In this document: one piece after another, positions 9,887 through 17,720 of the stretch | Layout of the letters: each line of letters opens with the position of its first letter | Position numbering within the stretch: position 1 is the stretch's first letter | Assembly (NCBI GenBank): GCA_045540675.1 | Contig: JAZQHQ010000001.1 | Coordinates: 1,401-65,400 of the forward strand | Length of the DNA: 64,000 bases | Origin: Alistipes sp. | GTDB taxonomy: Bacteria > Bacteroidota > Bacteroidia > Bacteroidales > Rikenellaceae | Direction of reading: 5' to 3' | Made by a program: the position numbers and the translations under genes | The notes under the pieces: model-generated | Seen by the model: the letters and a program-made list of their open reading frames with translations, nothing else | What the model was told of the DNA's origin: nothing | Database searches by the model: none

Positions 9887-10513
9887 CTAATTAGATAAAA
9901 TTTTCTGCAATTTTCTCAAAGTATTTACCGATGTTGAGGTTATTGCTTGTACATTTCTTAATGACAGTCCTTTTTTTAGCAACTGAATTTCTTTTTGGTA
10001 GTCTGTCTTCATTTGTTCGACTGATTTACGGTATCCCTCCTTTCTGCCTACCTTACCACCGCACTCTCTAAAATGGTTATAACCCGACTCCATTCTGCAA
10101 CGGATTAGACTTCTTTCCAAACTGTTGAACTGTGCAAGGATACCCATCACCAACTGCGCAATCGGATTGGGCTGTCCACTTGGTAGCAATGTTTCGAGTC
10201 CGTTCTGATGTATGTAAACAGATATTTTGCGATTTGTAAGATAATCTATCACACTCAGGAAGTCCACCGCTCGTCTTGAAAGACGGGAACACTCATAAAT
10301 TAAGACTTTATCTACCTTGTGATTTTCGGTAAAGGCGAGTAGTTTGGTTAATGCTTCACGCTCCTCAACCTTCTTGGCACCGCTTACCTTCTCGGTAAAC
10401 TCCGCCACCACCTCATACTCCATCTTCTGTGCATACTCTCGGAGTTCTGCCACTTGTCTATCAAATTCCTGAGTTTTGGTACTAACTCGTGCATATATCA
10501 CTACCTTTGTCAT
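9887..10513 (-). CDS. Small serine recombinase (resolvase/invertase family)
   Basis: IYARVST, SRLSR, C-terminal HTH (GLSLRNVQAITSTSVNTLRK). Confidence 0.95.
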   Translation of the reverse strand: MTKVVIYARVSTKTQEFDRQVAELREYAQKMEYEVVAEFTEKVSGAKKVEEREALTKLLAFTENHKVDKVLIYECSRLSRRAVDFLSVIDYLTNRKISVYIHQNGLETLLPSGQPNPIAQLVMGILAQFNSLERSLIRCRMESGYNHFRECGGKVGRKEGYRKSVEQMKTDYQKEIQLLKKGLSLRNVQAITSTSVNTLRKLQKILSN

Positions 10514-10654
10514 ATTGGTTATAGTTTAATTTTGTATGACAAAAATAATAATATATTATTAAATAAACAAATTTTATTAATATAATAATATGAATTAATT
10601 TGAATTTATTATGTATATGGTATTAAATAGGCAATTGACTTTTGCACCAACAAA

Positions 10655-10673
10655 AAAGGAGGCGTGTGCCTCC
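10655..10673 (-). terminator. Terminator after the 152-aa gene
   Basis: ggaggc-gtgt-gcctcc hairpin followed by T6 on the minus strand. Confidence 0.7.
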
Positions 10674-10698
10674 ACTTCAATCAAGACTGTGATAATCT

Positions 10699-11157
10699 TT
10701 ATAGTATCCTAAAATCAGGCCGATAACCTCTTTTGTATTCTGTTAGATGCTTAATTATCTCAGCATCTTTAATCATACAAGGAAGATCGTGCGTGAATTC
10801 AAGAATTATATCCTCTTTGGTTATTTGAAATGTCTTTCCTACAAGATAGTTGTGTAAAGGTGATGTAGAGTCTGTTACATTATCAGGAGCAACATCAATT
10901 GCTTTAATATCGTGTTTAGATGGCAATAACCTTATGACTATAAATTTTTCATTCTCTGCATTAAGTTTTGATAACTGACTTGATGCTATATCATACAAAA
11001 CACTAAAATCGTCACTCCTCACAACGCATACTGCATCATACTCAACTCCTTTATGTAATCCATCTTTTAAGATGCTATCCCTATTCTTGGCAGGTGTGAT
11101 ATGATAGAAAGGTAAATTTTTATCGATATATTCTTGTACTGTCATCGCTTTATTCAT
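10699..11157 (-). CDS. Putative ADP-ribosyltransferase-fold protein (Tpt1/KptA/DarT-like)
   Basis: FYHITPAKNRDSILKDGL (H-x-T...N..SIL..GL), AVCVV, FIVIRL, ITKEDII spaced like ART core strands. Confidence 0.6.
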   Translation of the reverse strand: MNKAMTVQEYIDKNLPFYHITPAKNRDSILKDGLHKGVEYDAVCVVRSDDFSVLYDIASSQLSKLNAENEKFIVIRLLPSKHDIKAIDVAPDNVTDSTSPLHNYLVGKTFQITKEDIILEFTHDLPCMIKDAEIIKHLTEYKRGYRPDFRIL

Positions 11158-11407
11158 TCTCTTTGGGTATATATATTAATACAAATACACTTTTTTGTAT
11201 CTCTAATGAACATTTGACATCTTGTTCATTTGTATATTCAATATGGCAATATGCCTGAGATTTTATGTTGTTATTTTCGTCTTTGTAAATTTTGTTGTAC
11301 TCTTTGATAAGATATACTTCCATTGGTAGATTAAAAATTTCGATAATATCTTTCTCAATAGATAGGTATTCATTAGTAGGTTTGCGATAAAATTTTTGTA
11401 GTCCCAT
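11150..11407 (-). CDS. 85-aa hypothetical protein coupled to the ART-like gene
   Basis: ATG start, 8-bp overlap with the next gene (ATGAATAA). Confidence 0.65.
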   Translation of the reverse strand: MGLQKFYRKPTNEYLSIEKDIIEIFNLPMEVYLIKEYNKIYKDENNNIKSQAYCHIEYTNEQDVKCSLEIQKSVFVLIYIPKENE

Positions 11408-11443
11408 AATTGTAAAAGGTTTAGTGGCTAATAAATAATTTTA

Positions 11444-11470
11444 AGGTTGGTGGCGGGAAACCACCAACCT
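11444..11470. other. Perfect 10-bp hairpin downstream of the lectin gene
   Basis: aggttggtgg-cgggaaa-ccaccaacct; no U-tract in the gene direction. Confidence 0.7.
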
Positions 11471-11499
11471 GATTGTTAAATAGATAAATAGTTAAATTG

Positions 11500-14400
11500 T
11501 TAAAAAGCGAGGACAGCACGCACAGATATTTTGTAACCCTTAGTAGCGTAACCGTCTGAAATACCAAAACTGAAATTGACACCGCAAGCGTTGTTGCTAT
11601 TGTATTCAGTAGATGACCAATAATCTTCTGTCCCGAAAGCGGTATATCCATTTGTAGAGAGAATTGAGTTTATGGTTGATTTATTATTGTAAATCGTATA
11701 TAATTCATTAAACGCAGGAAGATACCAATCCGTACCATAATCTGAACACCACTTAAATGCAGGATATTTAGTTTCCCAAGATGATAATGCTTTAATTATT
11801 GCCATATTAGTAGTTCCATTATCACTGTCTATCGCTGAGGTTGTAATCCCTGATGTACTCCACTTCAAAGATGAACCTTCGGCAACAGACACCATCTTGC
11901 CCGCATTATATGGAGTCTTTTCGATATATACAACACCAAGTCCTGTGGTATCAAGTTTCTTTGTAGAAGAAAGGTTTGCATTGAATAACTCTACGCCTTT
12001 AAGTGCTGTATTTGAAGTTAGGTCAATATCGGTAATTGCCAAACCTGATGCAACCAACACTTCAAGCAGTGTATTGTACTTTGTATCAACCACCGAAATT
12101 TCAGCGTTGTTACTTATATTAAGATATGTAAGCGCAGTGTTGTTACGGATATTGAGTGTCAAGAGGAGATTGTTTGCAATATCGAACTCCTGCAAAGCTG
12201 CATTTGCCGTAACATCGATTTTTCGCAGTTGGTTATTGTTGCAGTAGAACTTCACAAGCGAGGCGTTGTCCGATACATCGATAGAGGAGAGTCTATTGTT
12301 GTTTGCATTAATCTCTGTAAGTTTTTTGTTATTGGATAAGTCGAGAGATCTAAGGCGATTAAACGAGCAGTTTAACTTTTCGAGGTTGGTAAAATACTCG
12401 ATACCCGCAAGCGAGGTTGTCTGTGGCATAAGTCCCATAATGTCAATCTCGGTGATGTTCTCTGCCTCTGCCAACGAAATTTCGCTATCAGCATCGGTAT
12501 CAAACTTCTCGACAAGATATGCCTTGAAATTTACATCAGGAATATAGACTGTATTGGTTGTCCAAGGCACCATATTTACATAGTCGGAAGTTAAACAGTT
12601 GTAACCATTCGATACCTCCAAGCGCACATTTGCAGAGATTTCGTTACGGAAGAATCCCTCTTCGAGGTTTGTACCCGTGGCAACTACGGTCAAGATACCA
12701 TCTTTTGCCGATGCGCCCACAACAGTGAGGTTTACAAATTCGCCTACTGCAGCACGGGTTTGAGCATAGACGGCCTTAACGCTCAACGCATCTTCCCAAA
12801 CTTCAACCAACTCCTCGGCAACAGCAGCAGGACGCACCTCATATTTAAGGGTTGCACTGCCTGCGGTGATTGTGCCATTGTTCTCGGTGTAGTACATTGT
12901 TGCCTTGCAATCCGAAAACTCAGGAACAAAACTCAACGACTGAATGCGCTCGATAAGGGCAGCAATCTGCTCCTGCATCTCGGCGATATCTGCTTGCATA
13001 TTGTAAATGGTGAGTTTGATAGTCTTAACCTCTTGTTCCAAAGCTGTAACACGAGCATCGAGAGCATCTATTGTAGCGTTAATAGTTGCCACTTCGTTGT
13101 CTATACGGGTATTGATGGTTGTAACCTCCGTAGCGATAGCATCACGGAGTTGTCCATTCAAGGTGTTGATGGCGGTTTTGATTGCCTCCTTGTATGCTTC
13201 GGTAATCTCAGCAGCGGTGTTGTTGAGTTCACTTCTCAATTGTGCAATAGAGGCGGTGTTTTCGGAAATCGCCTGTGCGTTATTGCCAATAGCGGTTGCA
13301 TTGGCAGAGATAAGGGCAGCATTCTTGGCAATCTCCTCTGCGTTCTTGGCAATGGTGCGAGTGTTGGTATCTACATTTGATTGCAAAGAGGTAATTGCAC
13401 TCTTATTGCTGTTGATAAGAGTCTCGTTTGCCTCGATAAGAGATTTATTCTCGTCAATCTTTTGGCTGTTGCCCTCTATGTCTTCGCTATTCTCTGCAAT
13501 TGCCTGCGCATTGGCAGTTATCTTGGTGGCATTGTTTGAAATCTGCTCTGCATTATCCGCAATGGCGAGTTTATGTGTTGCAATTTCGCCCTGTGCTGAT
13601 GATAAATCTTCACGCAAAGCATCTATCAACTCCTTGTTGTCTGAGATATTCTTGGTGAGTTGCTCCGAGAGTTCGCTGATAAGATTTTCAAGATATGCCT
13701 TCTGTGCTTCGAGTTTGCTATTGAACTCCTGCATAATGTCGGCAAGCATCTGATTAACCTCCTGCATAGTGTAGTAACCTGCGAGTTGGTTATTAACCCA
13801 CTGTTGCATCTTTGTCTCCGAAGCGGAAATAGCATCTTTGATTGCTTGTGTATATGCTGCCTCAACCTCCTCCTTTGCTGCCGATATAGCATCTGTATAT
13901 GCTTTGGTAATCTCTGTTACCTTCTGTTGGATATTCTTGTTCAAGGTTGATACTGCCGCCTCGATATCCTCCTTAATTTTGGTGTTAAGGCGAGTTTCAA
14001 GGGCGGTAAGACTCTTGTTGATTGACTCTATCTGCGTCTTGATACTTGCGACTTCTGCTGACAATTCATTATGTTTTTCGAGAGTTGCAAAGGTTTGAGA
14101 CACCCAATCCTTTGTACTCTGAATTTCGCCATTGACATAACTCTCCAAATCGTTGATTTTATCCTCCAATGCCCTGTCCTTATTCTGTAAAGAGGTGATA
14201 GCATCGTTGATTTGTGCTAACTCGCCCTCCAATTCCGACTTTACAGATGCAAGTTGTGCCAACACATCAGATTTTGCAGTTGAAATGTTGTTTTTCAACT
14301 CCTTCTCAATACTTTCAATCTCTTTGTTTGTCAGTTCGATTGATTTTTGAAGATTACTTGCAGTGGACTGCAAATTCTCGATGTACCCTTTCAACTCCTT

Positions 14401-14583
14401 GTCTGTTTTTTTCAATTCGGGCAAAGTAGCATTGATTGCATTTACCTGCTCTTGGAGCGATGCGATTTGGGTGTTTTCAATCTCGTCAAGACGATTGTTG
14501 ATATCATCAATCGCCTCTTCAAACTTTTTGCAACTTGGCAACATCATTGCCACGACTGCAACTAACAAAAATAGTTTCTTCAT
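11500..14583 (-). CDS. Surface lipoprotein: long coiled coil, beta domain with TRA motif, LRR, C-terminal DUF1566/C-type-lectin-like domain
   Basis: MKKLFLLVAVVAMMLPSC lipobox; heptad repeats; FDTDADSEISLAEA cap then LxxLxCxxNxLxxLDLS repeats; WYLPAFNEL and YWSSTE...VRAVLAF. Confidence 0.85.
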   Translation of the reverse strand: MKKLFLLVAVVAMMLPSCKKFEEAIDDINNRLDEIENTQIASLQEQVNAINATLPELKKTDKELKGYIENLQSTASNLQKSIELTNKEIESIEKELKNNISTAKSDVLAQLASVKSELEGELAQINDAITSLQNKDRALEDKINDLESYVNGEIQSTKDWVSQTFATLEKHNELSAEVASIKTQIESINKSLTALETRLNTKIKEDIEAAVSTLNKNIQQKVTEITKAYTDAISAAKEEVEAAYTQAIKDAISASETKMQQWVNNQLAGYYTMQEVNQMLADIMQEFNSKLEAQKAYLENLISELSEQLTKNISDNKELIDALREDLSSAQGEIATHKLAIADNAEQISNNATKITANAQAIAENSEDIEGNSQKIDENKSLIEANETLINSNKSAITSLQSNVDTNTRTIAKNAEEIAKNAALISANATAIGNNAQAISENTASIAQLRSELNNTAAEITEAYKEAIKTAINTLNGQLRDAIATEVTTINTRIDNEVATINATIDALDARVTALEQEVKTIKLTIYNMQADIAEMQEQIAALIERIQSLSFVPEFSDCKATMYYTENNGTITAGSATLKYEVRPAAVAEELVEVWEDALSVKAVYAQTRAAVGEFVNLTVVGASAKDGILTVVATGTNLEEGFFRNEISANVRLEVSNGYNCLTSDYVNMVPWTTNTVYIPDVNFKAYLVEKFDTDADSEISLAEAENITEIDIMGLMPQTTSLAGIEYFTNLEKLNCSFNRLRSLDLSNNKKLTEINANNNRLSSIDVSDNASLVKFYCNNNQLRKIDVTANAALQEFDIANNLLLTLNIRNNTALTYLNISNNAEISVVDTKYNTLLEVLVASGLAITDIDLTSNTALKGVELFNANLSSTKKLDTTGLGVVYIEKTPYNAGKMVSVAEGSSLKWSTSGITTSAIDSDNGTTNMAIIKALSSWETKYPAFKWCSDYGTDWYLPAFNELYTIYNNKSTINSILSTNGYTAFGTEDYWSSTEYNSNNACGVNFSFGISDGYATKGYKISVRAVLAF

Positions 14584-14673
14584 AACAGTAAAGTATTAAA
14601 AATTAAACAATTATTAAAATGTTCGTTCTGTTATGACAATAAAGAAAGTGTGGAGAAACACTGTTCGTCTATC

Positions 14674-14894
14674 AATCTGATGGTTCTGACAAAACCTTGA
14701 CAACAATAAACGATGCGATACCCCACACCCGTAATATGCAGAATAGGGTTGCAGAATGCTCCCAACCATACATATACAAGAAATGAGTGCTATTCGTTGT
14801 CCTGTTGTCGTAAAAACTGTCAGATTTTCAGATTAGGACTGCAAAAAACACTTTCAATATGTCCGTCAATCTATTGATTGACAAGGCAAATATA
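14674..14894 (-). promoter_or_regulatory. Promoter (TATATTTG at 14887-14894) and long structured 5' leader of the lipoprotein gene
   Basis: Interrupted inverted repeat 14674-14834 (blocks aatctga, tctgaca, gacaaca, aacga) plus gtcaatc-tatt-gattgac hairpin. Confidence 0.6.
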
Positions 14895-14983
14895 AGCATT
14901 TTTTGTTTCAATGTTCTCTAAAAGAGAAACTTTTTGAATAGCACTCTGTGAAGTATCGCTCTAAATGATACAAAAAGTGAAGG

Positions 14984-15313
14984 TTAAAACACCTTCACAA
15001 TTGACTCCCAACGGAAACTACGCCACGCTGATTTTTCAATGTCAAAATAGGCGGTGGTGGAGTAAATTTCACGACTAACACCCCTACCGTTGGTATATTT
15101 GTAGGCAAGAGTGGCATTTGTTGTTCCCCACGCCTCACGGATCTCTCCGTTCTTCTTGATGTAAAGGAAGTGTCCCACACCTGTACGAAGTTTATGCTTC
15201 AAATTCTCAATCATCATCGCCTTTGCCCCTGCAACAAGGAGATTTTGAGTGCGCTGAGCAATTACATTCATTCGTACTGCTGTTGTGTCTGTTATAATCA
15301 ATGCGTTTGTCAT
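14984..15313 (-). CDS. SH3 beta-barrel / WYL_2 (DUF2693)-like protein
   Basis: FLYIKKNGEIREAWGT...YFDIEKSAWRSF pattern; likely start MTNAL at 15313. Confidence 0.75.
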   Translation of the reverse strand: MTNALIITDTTAVRMNVIAQRTQNLLVAGAKAMMIENLKHKLRTGVGHFLYIKKNGEIREAWGTTNATLAYKYTNGRGVSREIYSTTAYFDIEKSAWRSFRWESIVKVF

Positions 15314-15354
15314 AGTGTAAGATTTTTTATTACAGTTAGTTAAAATTTTAATTC

Positions 15355-15519
15355 TTAATACCAAGTTGAAGGTTTAGTCCAACCCTCCAATTCATACCAA
15401 GCATCGAGCGCTGCATATCTGCTGCGACCAAAACTTGCAACCTTATTGCCCGTTGCAATCTCCCATACGCCCCAACCACTGCCTGAGCAACCAATCTGAT
15501 ATTTTCTCTCTCGTGCCAT
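15355..15519 (-). CDS. 54-aa Trp/Gly-rich small protein
   Basis: Manual translation MARERKYQIGCSGSGWGVWEIATGNKVASFGRSRYAALDAWYELEGWTKPSTWY; -7 box at 15553-15560. Confidence 0.7.
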   Translation of the reverse strand: MARERKYQIGCSGSGWGVWEIATGNKVASFGRSRYAALDAWYELEGWTKPSTWY

Positions 15520-15552
15520 ATTTTATTAATATCATATCCATTATTTCTACTA

Positions 15553-15652
15553 CAAAGATAAAACTTTATTATTAATAATCCAAATTATTTTAACATTTTA
15601 TTTTAATTTTATCTAAATAATTTAACATTCTGATATTTATTTTCTATCTTTG
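15553..15652. promoter_or_regulatory. Divergent promoter pair
   Basis: TATCTTTG on the minus strand (15553-15560) and plus strand (15645-15652); repeated tttaacatt between them. Confidence 0.7.
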
Positions 15653-15671
15653 TCTAAAATTTTGGGATAGT

Positions 15672-15965
15672 ATGGCAAAACTACGAGTAAAGCAGATTGT
15701 AAAGGAGAAGGGTTTAACATTGGCAAAAGTGGCTGAGATGTTGGAAATCCACCCTGTAAATTTAAGTACCACCCTCAACGGTAATCCAACCATCGCAACA
15801 TTGGAGAAGATTGCAAATGTATTGGGAGTAGATGTTACCGACTTAATTGAAACCGAGAACAAACCTATTGTAAGTGGTTTTGTAAAGGTTGATGGAGAGG
15901 TTATTGAAATCACTTCTGTTGCCGATTTGGAACAGGCATTGAATAAGGCAAAGGAGTTGAAGTAA
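15672..15965 (+). CDS. XRE-family helix-turn-helix regulator
   Basis: KGLTLAKVAEMLEIHPVNLSTTLNGNPTIATLEKIANVLGV. Confidence 0.92.
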   Translation: MAKLRVKQIVKEKGLTLAKVAEMLEIHPVNLSTTLNGNPTIATLEKIANVLGVDVTDLIETENKPIVSGFVKVDGEVIEITSVADLEQALNKAKELK

Positions 15966-16184
15966 TGCCCTTCAATTTTTGATACTTTTTAGGTATCAAT
16001 TTTTGAAATAATTAACTGATAGTTTTTAATCATTTTTTGATTAAATTCTGTCAGTTTTTTTGTTTTTAACATTACTGATAATACTCTACTTTTCTTTGAA
16101 AAATAATTGCACCATATTTCAATATCTATCTTTTTATTTTTCAGTTTGATAGTCTTAAAATATATGCAGTGATAAGGGTGGTTA

Positions 16185-17033
16185 CTATCTTATGCTACCA
16201 CTACACAATATATCTTTCCAAAGTAGTCGCTTTCTACCTCTTCGAAATCTTATTACCCTACTAAGAGCATCGTGGAAAATATCTGTTAGGACTTCTCTGT
16301 TGAATAGTAAATTTGATTCATCTTCGCTTTCAAACCGTTTGAGATAATCGTAATTCAACCGAACTTCAAGACGGTGCAAAGATTTGGGACTGCCGTAGAA
16401 CTCTGTTACATAAGATTTGTGCGAACTCTCCTTTATCTCTGCCAACTTGTTGTATGCACATACATATATCCCATTCCTCTTATTTTGCACTGCTTCTCTC
16501 TGACAGCAGTAGAAAGTAGGATCCTTTAACCTATCAAGAGTAACCTTGTATGTGATATGCAGTTCAGGAATACTCTTTTTTCTATCGTATATCTCTTTAC
16601 CATTGACGATAGTTGCGACACTCTTATCCTTGTATAACTTGCGAATGGTGTATACAAAGTTCTTTTTACTATCCGTTGCCAAGTCTAACGATGTGATATT
16701 GTTGTAGGTTAGATTTAAGGTGCTTTTTAACTCTCTTAATATATCTGCCAAGTTGCTCTCATATAGCAATCTGTTATCAATCTTTAACCAAATATAACTA
16801 CTGTCATCATCTCCATATCGCCCAAAATAAATATGCCCACAATCCTTGTCATATAACAATACACGGAAATAGTATTGAAAGTGCAACCCCGATATTCTAA
16901 TTATAGAAAATTCTCCAACCTCAATCCGCTCGCCAATGCCGACACAGCGAAGTGCTTCTAATGTTTCAGGTTGTGCTATGTAACACAACCTTACTCCATC
17001 AATAATCACCTTACCCAACTTTTCATTGCTCAT
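16185..17033 (-). CDS. Rep_trans-like rolling-circle initiator / MOB_T-type relaxase
   Basis: ITSLDLATD, YNKLAE and RLEVRL motifs in Rep_trans order; likely start MSNEK at 17033 overlapping the upstream ORF. Confidence 0.65.
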   Translation of the reverse strand: MSNEKLGKVIIDGVRLCYIAQPETLEALRCVGIGERIEVGEFSIIRISGLHFQYYFRVLLYDKDCGHIYFGRYGDDDSSYIWLKIDNRLLYESNLADILRELKSTLNLTYNNITSLDLATDSKKNFVYTIRKLYKDKSVATIVNGKEIYDRKKSIPELHITYKVTLDRLKDPTFYCCQREAVQNKRNGIYVCAYNKLAEIKESSHKSYVTEFYGSPKSLHRLEVRLNYDYLKRFESEDESNLLFNREVLTDIFHDALSRVIRFRRGRKRLLWKDILCSGSIR

Positions 17034-17223
17034 CACTTTTAGAAGATTTGACACTATTATTGTCATTCCCATATTTGGAAGGGATTGAGTCCCACACACG
17101 CTTTAATGATTGGGATAGGTGCTGACGATGCCAATAACTTTTTTTCTTACCTTTAAGACTTTGACTGATTTTCATCTTTACAGAGTCATCAAGTTCTCTG
17201 TATTTGCGTTTATATTCACTCAT
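17023..17223 (-). CDS. 66-aa basic protein with NUMOD3-like repeats
   Basis: SVKMKISQSLKGKKKSYWHRQHLSQSLK. Confidence 0.7.
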   Translation of the reverse strand: MSEYKRKYRELDDSVKMKISQSLKGKKKSYWHRQHLSQSLKRVWDSIPSKYGNDNNSVKSSKSDEQ

Positions 17224-17567
17224 AATTTTATAAAGCAGGGATTTTTATTTCCTGTCATATATAAATATGGTAGCAAAAGTAAAAAAGTAAAGTATAGTAG
17301 AAACTTTTTGAAAAAATAGTTACTTAAATTTTTAGTAACAGACAACAAGTTCTTACTATTCCTCCTACTTTACCCATTAATTTTAAGGCGGGATACGCCT
17401 GAGTAACTAATTGATAGATAGTCCTATATCATAGGTAGATATTAGTCTATTTTTGAAAATAAACTTTGTCAAACAAAGTGGGATAAATTGGGTAAAAGAA
17501 GGGAAAATCTGTTTTTATAGACAATGCTCGAATAAAAGATAATCTTTTAAGTTAAAATAGTACAGGC

Positions 17568-17591
17568 AGAGGGAGGTTTTCGCCTCCCTCT
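17568..17591. other. 9-bp perfect hairpin near the right end of the element
   Basis: agagggagg-ttttcg-cctccctct. Confidence 0.65.
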
Positions 17592-17633
17592 ATTGATTAA
17601 AAAGTACGATAATTAAATTGATACATCAACGCC

Positions 17634-17720
17634 TTATTCAATCTTATTGTACCACTTCCAAAAGGCAATTACTAAGTCGTAATCAATTAAGAAACGGTTA
17701 GATAAGTTGATTGTTTGTTC
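17634..17720 (-). other. Detached alternative 3' end of the LSR gene (attP arm)
   Basis: In frame with the LSR across the shared core: EQTINLSNRFLIDYDLVIAFWKWYNKIE*. Confidence 0.75.

Noticed and set aside
9790-15000. Invertible promoter or shufflon driven by the small serine recombinase
   Set aside because: No pair of matching inverted repeats flanking a promoter or gene segment was found
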